From: Alphaproteobacteria bacterium
Lineage (GTDB): Bacteria; Pseudomonadota; Alphaproteobacteria; JAAEOK01
NCBI GenBank assembly: GCA_024244705.1
Contig: JAAEOK010000075.1
Span: 29,320-93,319, forward strand
Direction of reading: 5' to 3'
DNA length: 64,000 nt
Shown here: positions 1 through 8,796 of the stretch, piece by piece
Layout of the letters: every line of letters starts with the position of its first letter
How positions within the stretch are numbered: the stretch's first letter is position 1
Program-made: the position numbers and the translations under genes
Notes under the pieces: model-generated
Database searches by the model: none
Seen by the model: the letters and a program-made list of their open reading frames with translations, nothing else
What the model was told of the DNA's origin: nothing

Positions 1-235
1 CGTAAACGACCTCGGGCGAAACGCCGGCGGCGAAGGCCGCCCGGCTGGCGGCCAGTTCGTTAACCCTGAGGACACCATGGACGGGAATATCGTCACCGAT
101 CCGGACGACGAATTTCTCGCCGCGGTCAACGACGGTGAAGTTGGTGTTGGTAATGCCCCCGGTCAAAGGCTCCGGCTCGACCGTACCGCTCCAGATCGAT
201 AGCTTTGCGGCTCGCCCGCGCGCGTCGTCGTTCAT
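1..235 (-). CDS. Phosphotransferase-family protein (choline/ethanolamine-kinase-like), 5' part only; the gene runs off the window start
   Basis: Reverse-complement of 1-235 translates from an ATG at 235 as MNDDARGRAAKLSIWSGTVEPEPLTGGITNTNFTVVDRGEKFVVRIGDD... The LTGGxTNxNF..V...FVVRI motif is typical of the N-lobe of choline kinase/APH-fold kinases. GGTGAGG lies 6-12 nt upstream. It starts 11 nt downstream of the permease stop on the same strand. It is absent from the ORF track because no stop codon lies inside the window. Confidence 0.4.
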   Translation of the reverse strand, partial: MNDDARGRAAKLSIWSGTVEPEPLTGGITNTNFTVVDRGEKFVVRIGDDIPVHGVLRVNELAASRAAFAAGVSPEVVY

Positions 236-246
236 CGCCGCCTCAC

Positions 247-2250
247 CTACTCCATTCCCAATTCCGCCTTGCGGCGGTTGGCCCAGGCGCCGATCAATCG
301 ATCGGCGATAATGGCAATGAAGGCGACGCACAGGCCGGCGACGATACCGCGGCCGGTATCGGCCTTGGTCAACGCGATATAGACTTCTTGCCCGAGATCG
401 CGGGTCCCGACCAACGCGGTGATCACCAACATGCTGAGGCCCATCATGATGGTCTGGTTGACGCCCAGCATGATCTCCGGCAGGGCCAGCGGCATTTGCA
501 CTTTCCACAGGATCTGTCGGCGCGTGCAACCGGAGGTCTTCGCGGCCTCGATGAGATGCGTGGGTACCTTGCGAATGCCGTGGTCGGTATAGCGGATCGC
601 CGGTGCCAAGGCATAGGCGGTGACCGCCAGCATCGCCGAAAAATCGCCGACCCGGAACAGCATCACCGCGGGCATCAAATAGACGAACGAAGGCAGCGTT
701 TGAAGGGTATCGACCATGACCTGGACGATACGGTGGAGCCGCTCGTTGCGCGCCGCCATGATGCCGATGGGAATTCCGATCAGGCTGGCGATCACGACGG
801 CGATGCCGCACAGGTAGACGCTGATCATCGCCTTTTCCCACTGACCGACGACCGCGATGAAAAGCGCGAGCGCGCCGGTCAAAAGCGCCAGCCGCCAGCC
901 GCCGAGCTGGAGTCCGGCGAGCGCCACCAAGCCGACAACCGCCACCCAGGGCAACGTCAGGAGAAAGCGCTTGAACGGGATCATCACGTTCAGCAACAGG
1001 AAGCTCTTCACCGCATCGAGTTGCTCGAAGAAGTTGACGTTGATCCATTTGACGACGTCGCCCCAAAACGTTCCCGTGGTGATTTGCCACGCCTCTGGAT
1101 AGGTCGCCGTCGCCGCCGTGATCAGGCCCAGCAGCCAAGTCACGGCCATGACGGCCAACGCCGTTATGAGATACGGGTGTCGCCCCAAGAGGCCGGCACG
1201 TCGATCGTCGCGCTGCGGCTGGGGCCGGTTGGCAAACGCTTGGCTGAGGCGGTCGAGCGCGATGGCGAGCAAGGTAATCGCGACACCGGCCTCGATCCCC
1301 TCGCCGATCTTGAGCCGCTTGAGCGCCGTCAGGACGTCGAACCCGAGGCCGCCGGCGCCGATCATCGATGCGATGATGACCATGTTCAGGGACAGCATCA
1401 CGACCTGGTTGACACCGATCATGAGCGATCTCTTGGCCGACGGGATTTGTACCTTCCATAGCAATTGCCGGCGTGTGCAACCGGCCATGCGACCGGCCTC
1501 GACGACCTCTGGGGCGACCTGGCGCAAACCCAGCATGGTGACCCGCACCATCGGCGGGGTGGCATAGATTATGGTCGCGATCATTGCCGCGACCGGGCCG
1601 AAGCCGAACAGAATCAGCACCGGCACCAGATAGGCGAAGACCGGGACCGTCTGCATCAGGTCGAGAACCGGGGTTATGGCCGCTTCGAAGCGGCGCGAGC
1701 GAAATCCCAAGATGCCCAGGCCGAGGCCGCCGGCGACACCGAACGGCACCGCGATGACGATCGAGCTGAGGGTGACCATGGCGCTGTCCCATTGCCCGAA
1801 CACCGCGAGATAGAGGAAGCACAAGCCGACCATCAGCGACAGCTTCCAGTCGCGCGCGTAAAGCCCCATCAATGCGACGACGGCGATCAGCGCGAGCCAG
1901 GACAGACGCGGAAACACCTCCACCGCGTCGCTGCCGACGCCGATTCGGAACCCCTGCGCGAGCAAACTCTTGGCCACCCAATAGGGCTGCTCGATGACCC
2001 AGGCGATCGAGCGGGTGAATTCCTTGAACGTGAAGATGCCAAAGCTGGCATCGTTCAGCAGCCACTTCATGAAATCGCTGATCCAGAATCGAAGCGGCCA
2101 TTCCACGGACTTCGGATAGTCGAAGGCCCACGGGATCAGATCGCGGACGAGGTAGAGGGCGACAGTAGCGGCGAGCGCGACCAGCCACGTCAACAGGCGC
2201 GGATCGAAGCGCCGCGTCCGCCCGCCGGCTGCCACCGCGGCGGCGGTCAT
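247..2250 (-). CDS. Glycine betaine/choline/proline-betaine-type ABC transporter permease with two fused permease domains
   Basis: The 667 aa ORF has two tandem BPD-transporter (ProW/OpuAB-like) permease domains. Its start overlaps the upstream ATPase stop as ATGA (tcat at 2247-2250). Confidence 0.8.
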   Translation of the reverse strand: MTAAAVAAGGRTRRFDPRLLTWLVALAATVALYLVRDLIPWAFDYPKSVEWPLRFWISDFMKWLLNDASFGIFTFKEFTRSIAWVIEQPYWVAKSLLAQGFRIGVGSDAVEVFPRLSWLALIAVVALMGLYARDWKLSLMVGLCFLYLAVFGQWDSAMVTLSSIVIAVPFGVAGGLGLGILGFRSRRFEAAITPVLDLMQTVPVFAYLVPVLILFGFGPVAAMIATIIYATPPMVRVTMLGLRQVAPEVVEAGRMAGCTRRQLLWKVQIPSAKRSLMIGVNQVVMLSLNMVIIASMIGAGGLGFDVLTALKRLKIGEGIEAGVAITLLAIALDRLSQAFANRPQPQRDDRRAGLLGRHPYLITALAVMAVTWLLGLITAATATYPEAWQITTGTFWGDVVKWINVNFFEQLDAVKSFLLLNVMIPFKRFLLTLPWVAVVGLVALAGLQLGGWRLALLTGALALFIAVVGQWEKAMISVYLCGIAVVIASLIGIPIGIMAARNERLHRIVQVMVDTLQTLPSFVYLMPAVMLFRVGDFSAMLAVTAYALAPAIRYTDHGIRKVPTHLIEAAKTSGCTRRQILWKVQMPLALPEIMLGVNQTIMMGLSMLVITALVGTRDLGQEVYIALTKADTGRGIVAGLCVAFIAIIADRLIGAWANRRKAELGME

Positions 2251-3326
2251 GCCTCGCCGCCGCTGCCGACAAGCACCGCCAGGACTGCCTCTCCCGTGAT
2301 CTGGCCGACCACCTTGTCGGCTCCGTCAATCACCGCGAACGGTCCGTCGGCATCGACGATGCGGGCGGCCAGGGTCTCGATCTTGGTGTCGGCCGCGACC
2401 CGGCCGGCGAATTGCGAGGCGGTGGCGGGCGCCATGATCGCGCGGGCGGACAGCACCTTGGCGCGCGGGATGCCGCGGGTGAATTCGGCAACGTAATCGG
2501 TCGCCGGATTGAGAACCAGCGCCTCCGGCGTCCCGATCTGGATGACCGCGCCCTCGTACATGATCGCGATACGGTCGGCCAAGCGGATGGCCTCGTCGAA
2601 ATCATGGGTAATGAAGACGATGGTCTTGCGGAGGACGCTCTGGAGGCGCAGGAACTCATCCTGCATCTCACGGCGGATCAGCGGGTCGAGGGCCGAGAAG
2701 GGTTCATCGAGGAACCAGATATCGGGTTCGACCGCCAGGCTCCGCGCGATGCCGACTCGCTGCTGCTGGCCGCCCGATAGTTCGCGCGGATAGTAGGCCT
2801 CGCGTCCTTCGAGCCCGACCAGCTGAATGATCTCGCGCGCACGAAGCTCCCGGGTTCGGCGGTCGATGCCCTGAACCTCGAGGGGGAAGGCGACATTGCC
2901 CAAGACCGTCAGGTGCGGCAGCAGGGCAAAGTGCTGATAGACCATCCCCATCTTGTGGCGCCGAATTTCGATAAGCTCGCGCTCCGATGCCTTGAGCAGG
3001 TCCTGCCCCTCGAACAGGATTTCGCCGCTGGTCGGCTCGATGAGCCGGGTCATGCAGCGCACCACCGTCGATTTCCCCGAGCCCGACAATCCCATAATGA
3101 TGAAGATCTCGCCCTCGCGGATTTCGAGGTTGGCGTCGCGCACGGCGCCGACCAGGCCCGCATCGCGCAATTCTTCGACGGTCGGCGGGCGTTCTCGCGC
3201 CGCTAGGTAGCCGCGCGCATTTTCGCCGAAAATTTTCCACAGCTCACGGATGGCGAGATGAACCGGACGGTCGGCCGCCTCTGGGGTGCAAGACGCACCG
3301 GAAGGGCGCTGGTCGGGGCCCGGCAT
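2247..3326 (-). CDS. ABC transporter ATP-binding protein, ProV/OpuAA-like, with C-terminal CBS domains
   Basis: Walker A GLSGSGKST, LSGGQQQRV signature and FLDEPFSALD Walker B, plus a C-terminal CBS-like tail. The ELWKIFG motif is typical of the ProV N-terminus. The start is placed at the internal ATG (MPGPDQ...) with GGGAG 5 nt upstream; the ORF-track start at 3368 is probably an over-extension. Confidence 0.75.
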   Translation of the reverse strand: MPGPDQRPSGASCTPEAADRPVHLAIRELWKIFGENARGYLAARERPPTVEELRDAGLVGAVRDANLEIREGEIFIIMGLSGSGKSTVVRCMTRLIEPTSGEILFEGQDLLKASERELIEIRRHKMGMVYQHFALLPHLTVLGNVAFPLEVQGIDRRTRELRAREIIQLVGLEGREAYYPRELSGGQQQRVGIARSLAVEPDIWFLDEPFSALDPLIRREMQDEFLRLQSVLRKTIVFITHDFDEAIRLADRIAIMYEGAVIQIGTPEALVLNPATDYVAEFTRGIPRAKVLSARAIMAPATASQFAGRVAADTKIETLAARIVDADGPFAVIDGADKVVGQITGEAVLAVLVGSGGEA

Positions 3327-3469
3327 GCCAACTCCCGATCTCGAGTCGAGGGAAATCGCGTGTGCCACGTAAGACTAAAGAACCGCTGAGGCCGTGTGAA
3401 GGTGGTGGTCGATGAACGATGGCGCCGGGCGTCAAACGCCCGGCGCCGCCATTACCGTTCGTTCGCTCG

Positions 3470-4426
3470 CTATTCGATCCACTTGCTCCAGCGCGGCTCG
3501 TTGTTGTCGATCCATTCGGCAACAACCTCGTCGACGGAGCGCCCGTCGAGATCGACCTCGCCGATCATCAGACCGATCTCTTCGTTGTTGACGGAGAAGT
3601 TTCTGACCGCTTTGTAGGCGCCCGGCCATTTCTTCTCGCCGTCTTTCCAGCCGACCTTCTTGATCCAGCCTCGCGGTTTGCCGCAATCATAGGCCATATC
3701 GGGGTTCATGCCCCAACTCGGGTCATCATAGCAGGCGTCGGCATAGGGCGGGAAATCGACCCATTCGCCCTCGTATTTGATCGGCGCCCAGTGCGGCGTA
3801 TAGATCCACAGCAGGATCGGCGCCTTGCGTTGCATCGCCGACTCCAGTTCCGCGAACAGCGCGGCGTCGGTACCGGCGTGGACGACTTCGTAGTCGAGGG
3901 CCAACGCCTCGACGCGCTCGTCATCGAACCCGGCCCAGGTCACTGGACCGCCAAGGTAGCGTCCCTTGGGTGCGGTCTCCGGCGTTGAAAAGGCTTCGGC
4001 GCAGTCATTGAGCGCCTTCCAATCGGGCAGGCCGGGGCACTTCTCCTTCATGTAGAGCGGGTACCACCATTCCTCGATCGCCAGCATGCCCGTCTCGCCG
4101 AGATCGACCGTCTTGCCCGTCGCCAGGCTTTCTTCCATCGCCTGCTTGCCGGTCGTCTCCCACATTTCCATCGCAATATCGAGATCGCCGGATTCGAGGC
4201 CGGCGAACTGGGCGATGTAGTCCGCCTGGACATATTCGACGTTGTACCCGGCACGTTGCAGCACCTCGCCCATGATATGGGTGGTGATGTACTGGCCGGT
4301 CCAATCGTGAATCGTAAGCTTGATCGGATCCTTGGATTCCACGTCGGCGACCGCGGTCGACATGACCGCAGCAGACAAAGCCGCACTCGCGGCGAGCGTC
4401 GCAACGGCGCGCACAACTTTTCTCAT
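3470..4426 (-). CDS. Substrate-binding protein of the choline/glycine-betaine ABC transporter (OpuAC/ChoX-like), periplasmic with a signal peptide
   Basis: Starts MRKVVRAVATLAASAALSAAV (signal peptide) with AGGGAGG 6 nt upstream of the ATG at 4426. The Trp-rich mature domain is typical of the quaternary-amine binding cage. The ORF-track start at 4534 adds 36 codons of non-protein-like sequence. Confidence 0.75.
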   Translation of the reverse strand: MRKVVRAVATLAASAALSAAVMSTAVADVESKDPIKLTIHDWTGQYITTHIMGEVLQRAGYNVEYVQADYIAQFAGLESGDLDIAMEMWETTGKQAMEESLATGKTVDLGETGMLAIEEWWYPLYMKEKCPGLPDWKALNDCAEAFSTPETAPKGRYLGGPVTWAGFDDERVEALALDYEVVHAGTDAALFAELESAMQRKAPILLWIYTPHWAPIKYEGEWVDFPPYADACYDDPSWGMNPDMAYDCGKPRGWIKKVGWKDGEKKWPGAYKAVRNFSVNNEEIGLMIGEVDLDGRSVDEVVAEWIDNNEPRWSKWIE

Positions 4427-4547
4427 GAATACCTCCCTGAACAAAATCCGGCGGTCGCTGGTCGAACCGCTTTGGTGGATGCGTGATAAAATCATGATCC
4501 CAAACCGGAGCGGCGCCGTCAACGAATTACACAATCACTTCCACAAA

Positions 4548-4580
4548 GATACCACAATTCTTGACCGTTTTTGTGGTATC
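4548..4580. promoter_or_regulatory. Candidate operator: perfect 10-bp inverted repeat GATACCACAA-N13-TTGTGGTATC in the divergent promoter region
   Basis: Seen directly in the 257-bp gap between the divergently transcribed binding-protein gene (start 4426, minus) and the DeoR regulator (start 4684, plus). A TGATCGATCA palindrome lies about 15 bp downstream. Confidence 0.3.
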
Positions 4581-4683
4581 GGGGGATTGATGTGATCGAT
4601 CATGTGTCATATCCTTCCATTTGCGGCGTCCGAGGCGTGGCCAATCCGGCCCGGTTACGAGAAGCGCCGATTACGGACACCGG

Positions 4684-5442
4684 ATGCATCCCACCGAACG
4701 CCAATCACAGATCCTGAATTCGGTCATGGCCCGCGGGCAATGCGGCATCGGCGACCTCGCCGCGCAAATGACGGTGTCGCAGGAAACCATTCGCCGCGAT
4801 GTCCGGGCCCTGGCGTCGCAGGGATTCGTGGTCAAAGTCCACGGCGCGATCATGGTGCCGGAGCGGCTGCGCGAGCCGCCGTTCGAGCGCCGCATGCGCG
4901 CCAACATGGAGGCCAAGATGCGGATCGCCGCGCGTTGCGCCCAACTCATCGGCGACGGCGAATCGCTGATGATGGATACCGGCAGCACAACCTGCTACGT
5001 GGCAAAGGCCCTGCACGAGCATTCGAACCTGACCGTGGTGACCAATTCCGTCGAGATCGCCTGTGCCTTGGCCAAGAGGAACGGCAACCGAGTCTACATG
5101 GCCGGCGGCGAACTGCGCGGCGATGATGGGGCGGCCCTGGGAGCGGCGGCGGTCGAATTCATCCGGCAGTTTCAGGTCCGCTACGCCATCCTTTCGATCG
5201 GCGCCATCGACAAGGACAATGGGCTGATGGATGCCCACCTTGCCGAGGCCGAATACTCCCGCACGGTCATCGGTCAGGCGGAGTCGGCCATCGTCGTTTC
5301 CGACCACTCCAAGTTCGGCGCTACCGGCTTCGTCAAGGTCTGCGCCTTCGACGCCGTCGACACTCTGATCACCGACCAGGATCCGTCGCCGGCCTTCGTT
5401 CGCCGATTGGCCGAATCCGGCGTCACCCTGGATATTGCCTGA
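4684..5442 (+). CDS. DeoR-family transcriptional regulator (N-terminal HTH plus C-terminal sugar-phosphate-binding domain)
   Basis: MHPTERQSQILNSV...GIGDLAAQMTVSQETIRRDVRALASQGFVVKVHGAIM is a DeoR-type HTH, followed by the DeoR C-terminal effector domain. It is divergent from the ABC operon. Confidence 0.8.
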   Translation: MHPTERQSQILNSVMARGQCGIGDLAAQMTVSQETIRRDVRALASQGFVVKVHGAIMVPERLREPPFERRMRANMEAKMRIAARCAQLIGDGESLMMDTGSTTCYVAKALHEHSNLTVVTNSVEIACALAKRNGNRVYMAGGELRGDDGAALGAAAVEFIRQFQVRYAILSIGAIDKDNGLMDAHLAEAEYSRTVIGQAESAIVVSDHSKFGATGFVKVCAFDAVDTLITDQDPSPAFVRRLAESGVTLDIA

Positions 5443-5453
5443 GATAGGCCGGA

Positions 5454-6305
5454 CTACGCCCCGGCGAACGGCCCGATAAAGAGATTTCGCCGCCCGACCT
5501 GAAAGACGTTGTTGTAGAGGTTGGCGACCCACTGTTTGCCCTCGGTGGTCATCTCGAGATAGCGAATCGCGGGCTGGATATACGGCTCGACGTTACCCCA
5601 GAAGAATTCCGGGTACCTCTCGACCAGGTCCGCCGGGCTGTCGTAGCCGAGCACCTCGGTCATGCCGGTCTCGGCGAACTCGTAGTACAGCGCATTGATC
5701 TTGCGGTGATAGAAGGGATCGGCCATCTGCCCGATCAAGTCGGCGGCGCGCACCAGCGCCGCCTCCGATTCGGTGTTCGCGTAATCACCGCCCTCGGGTA
5801 CCGGGAAGCGGGTCAATTCGATCGAGTTGATGATCCGCTCCTCGTCGATATAGGAGGACGGGCCGAACCTTTCGCGGGCATAGATCTTGCCGCGCTCGAT
5901 GTGGTAGGGCGCCAAGAAGGCGTCGGAGGCGCCCCGCGGCGGCGTTGTCGTATTGCCGTCCTCGTCGATGACGACTTTGCCGACGCCATCGCCATTGCAG
6001 GCGCCGCGGGTATAGCCGATATCGTGGACCAGCAGGGCGCAGGTGTAATGAAGCCAGTCTTCCGGGGTCAGCGCCTGCGCCAACAGCCGGCCGCGGATGA
6101 TCTGCTGACCGACCATCGTCACCATCATGGTGTGCTCGACATTGTGGTAGAGGGCATCGGAATTGCCGATCCGTTCCAACACCAGCCGCGCCGCCCCGCT
6201 CATATAGGAGGCGTATTCCGGACGCCGGCTGGCAAAATACTGGAGGTAGAGGTCGCCCAGATAGTCGCCCAATTGGGCCGATATGATCGATGTCGGATTC
6301 AGCAC
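5454..6305 (-). CDS. HD-domain metal-dependent phosphohydrolase
   Basis: H..H...LLVHDIGY metal-binding motifs (HNVEHTMMVTMVG ... LLVHDIGYTRG). The first 33 codons of the ORF (to 6404) are Cys/Arg-rich and not protein-like. A GTG at 6305 (VLNPTSIISAQL...) is proposed as the start, but this is uncertain. Confidence 0.5.
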   Translation of the reverse strand: MLNPTSIISAQLGDYLGDLYLQYFASRRPEYASYMSGAARLVLERIGNSDALYHNVEHTMMVTMVGQQIIRGRLLAQALTPEDWLHYTCALLVHDIGYTRGACNGDGVGKVVIDEDGNTTTPPRGASDAFLAPYHIERGKIYARERFGPSSYIDEERIINSIELTRFPVPEGGDYANTESEAALVRAADLIGQMADPFYHRKINALYYEFAETGMTEVLGYDSPADLVERYPEFFWGNVEPYIQPAIRYLEMTTEGKQWVANLYNNVFQVGRRNLFIGPFAGA

Positions 6306-6587
6306 GCCGGACCCCCGCCTTCGACTCGGTGCCGGTTCAAGGTGACAGCATATCGCGCATGATGTCCACCCGTATCGACATTGCACGTTCGTCGCCGAGA
6401 CCATGTGAATCCGCCACCGCGAAGCCGCGTATACCCAGTTCGGAGCCCACTCGACCGCTCTAGCGGAGAACGATTCCGATCAAGGGCGCGGCGACCAAAA
6501 GCGCGCTCATCGACGATCTGAGAATGGCCGGACTGCCGTGAAAACTACCTAGCCATGTCTCGGGCATACTTTATTGGCGCACCGCGG

Positions 6588-6944
6588 CTAAAGTATCTTC
6601 CACTCTCCGTCTTCGGTCTTGCACCAGACGACGGTATATTGCCGGGGACTGGATTCGCCGTTCATGTTCAAGACGTACGAGATCTGCTGACAGGGATAGC
6701 CCTGGCGGACGAATTTCTGCATCAAGGTCACGACCCCGGAATTGCCGCTGTCGGGATTGCTCCACGACTCCGATGCGCCGGCGGCGCTGCGCTCGAAATC
6801 GTCGGTCTTTTCGCGGATCAGGGCGATGTCCTGTTTCGTAAGCGGCGGCAAGAAGCCGTAGTATTTCTGCTGGGCATCGCTGGGTCCGGGCGCTGCCAGG
6901 AAGAAGGCAAATGCGGCGGCGACGCCGATGGCATGTTTCCACAT
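6588..6944 (-). CDS. Small secreted protein (signal peptide), function unknown
   Basis: The internal start MWKHAIGVAAAFAFFLAAPGPSDAQQ is a classical signal peptide, and the two-Cys C-terminal domain suggests an exported fold. The ORF-track N-terminal extension is judged spurious. Confidence 0.5.
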   Translation of the reverse strand: MWKHAIGVAAAFAFFLAAPGPSDAQQKYYGFLPPLTKQDIALIREKTDDFERSAAGASESWSNPDSGNSGVVTLMQKFVRQGYPCQQISYVLNMNGESSPRQYTVVWCKTEDGEWKIL

Positions 6945-7033
6945 GGCCGTTAACCTCGTAAGTTGCGGATAAGGGGATGGCGATATTATCCGACCCGTGA
7001 CCAGAAACAAGCCCGGCCATTCGAAGCGGTCGC

Positions 7034-8062
7034 TTAGGCGTCGCGACCCAGGGTTTCCATCAGCTCGCGCCATTCACGGGCGCTGAGCCCGGTCGATCCG
7101 CGATCGACCTGTTCGCCGGCGAGCAGCCGCTTGACCACTTCGAGACCCGCCGCCGACAAGTGAGCGCCGCCCATGCGGTAATCGAGAAAGGCCTGGCCGG
7201 TCAGCGGCACCCAGCGTTTCATGGTCTCCAGCATGGCTTCGGCATAGGCGCGGATTTCGTACTGGGCATGGGGATCGGCGCGCAGCGACAAGAAGTGCAT
7301 GAGGTTGTGGAGATCGACCTTCCAGTACCACTGGGTATAGAAGTTGAGCGACAGGTTCATCCGCGCCAGCTCACGGGCCAAGCCCTGTCGGTCGGAGTCG
7401 ATGACGGTGCCGTCCTCGCGCTCGTTCAGCAATTCCTCGTAATGGTCGTAGGCGCGGGCGGCGTCGGCCTTGAGGATATCGAGCGCGGCCGCCGCCTCCT
7501 CGCCTTCGAGTACGTCGCCGCGGCCCTGACGGTTGGCGGTCGATTGCGCCGCCAGGTCCTCGGGCGCCGGCACATAGAACTCGTTGTCGAGGATCGAATA
7601 GCGGGCGGAGTACTCGTTGACGTTGGCGGTGCGGTGGCGGATCCATTGGCGGGCGACGAAGATCGGCAGCTTGACGTGGTACTTGATCTCGCACATCTCG
7701 AACGGCGTCGTGTGGCGGTGGCGCAGCAGATAGCGGATCAAACCCTCGTCCTCGCGCACCTTGCGCGTGCCCTTGCCGTAGGACACTCGGGCCGCTTGCA
7801 CCACCGCGCCGTCGTCGCCCATATAGTCGATGACCCGCACGAAGCCGCGATCGAGGACCGGGATCGGCTGGTAGAGAATGTCCTCGAGATCGGTGACGGT
7901 GACCCGCCGCGTCGTCGTGGTGGCGGCGCGCGCCTCGTCGATTTCGGCCAATTGGTCGCGGGTCAGCAGCCGGACCCGTTCGGCCGATTGGCGTTCATCG
8001 GTCGAAGCGGCGGTTTCGATGTCGTCGTCTTCGGTCGCGGAATTGGGATCCATGGGCTCCAT
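7034..8062 (-). CDS. thyX: Flavin-dependent thymidylate synthase ThyX
   Basis: ThyX signature RHRX7S ([17 protein letters not shown]) and conserved [17 protein letters not shown] roughly 60 aa acidic N-terminal extension is present. Start chosen at the [11 protein letters not shown]; the ORF-track start is a GTG 12 codons upstream. Confidence 0.85.
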   Translation of the reverse strand: MEPMDPNSATEDDDIETAASTDERQSAERVRLLTRDQLAEIDEARAATTTTRRVTVTDLEDILYQPIPVLDRGFVRVIDYMGDDGAVVQAARVSYGKGTRKVREDEGLIRYLLRHRHTTPFEMCEIKYHVKLPIFVARQWIRHRTANVNEYSARYSILDNEFYVPAPEDLAAQSTANRQGRGDVLEGEEAAAALDILKADAARAYDHYEELLNEREDGTVIDSDRQGLARELARMNLSLNFYTQWYWKVDLHNLMHFLSLRADPHAQYEIRAYAEAMLETMKRWVPLTGQAFLDYRMGGAHLSAAGLEVVKRLLAGEQVDRGSTGLSAREWRELMETLGRDA

Positions 8063-8226
8063 GCGGCTACCATACGCCAAGCGACGGAAGTCGGCCACAG
8101 TTGAGCGCTGTGAGTCACGGGGATAGCGGGGAAAAGGCTGGCGTTTCGGCCGTCGCCAGGGGAGCGCTTTCTGTTATGGTTGCCACAACGACCGTTGCGA
8201 TGCCGTAAACTCAGGGATACTCGATC

Positions 8227-8754
8227 ATGCGAAAATATTCTCCTCTATTCCCCGTCTTCGCCGCCGTGGTGCTCCTCGGCGTCTCGAATGGTGCGCGCGC
8301 CGAGGATCCGGAATTGCCGGTCCATCACTGCGCCGCCGCGGTCGGCACCTATCTGGCGACGCATTACCGGACCGACGGCGACGAGCAGGAAGTGGCGAGC
8401 CGCGCGCTTCTCGCGCTGACCAACGGGGGCCACGTCATCCGCATCGATTCCGGTGAGGCGGGAGAACCCGGCTATTCGCCGTTCAGCGACAATCTGGGCC
8501 GGTGGCGGTGCCTATCGAAGGAAGGGGAAACGCCGAAACTATCGGGCACGTTCCTCAACTTTACCTTCCCCGTTGGCCGGCCCCAGCAGATCGCCCGTCT
8601 CGATTTCACCGCGACCTACGATGCCGAGATCATGGTTCTGGAAGGGCGGGTCGGCCTCTCCTTCGTCGGCCTGGAAGAGGACCCTTACGATCCGGCGATC
8701 GAACGGGAAGAAACCGTGTTCGGCCTCACCGCCAAGAAGATCGTCGCTCCCTAG
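8227..8754 (+). CDS. Secreted hypothetical protein (signal peptide)
   Basis: MRKYSPLFPVFAAVVLLGVSNGARAEDP is a signal peptide with an A-x-A cleavage site. No recognisable family. Confidence 0.5.
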   Translation: MRKYSPLFPVFAAVVLLGVSNGARAEDPELPVHHCAAAVGTYLATHYRTDGDEQEVASRALLALTNGGHVIRIDSGEAGEPGYSPFSDNLGRWRCLSKEGETPKLSGTFLNFTFPVGRPQQIARLDFTATYDAEIMVLEGRVGLSFVGLEEDPYDPAIEREETVFGLTAKKIVAP

Positions 8755-8796
8755 CGGTCGGCGACCGGCCGCCGCGACAACGAGCGGCCTGGAACG

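Noticed and set aside
4593-4602. 10-bp palindrome TGATCGATCA in the proX/deoR control region.
   Set aside because: A short self-complementary sequence containing two GATC sites. It could be a chance occurrence or a Dam/CcrM-type site cluster. It is kept only as supporting context for the operator candidate, not as a separate feature.
6588-6944. Possible assignment of the small secreted protein to the 17 kDa surface-antigen family.
   Set aside because: The resemblance is limited to size, a signal peptide and a Cys-containing C-terminus. It is too weak to call without an HMM search.
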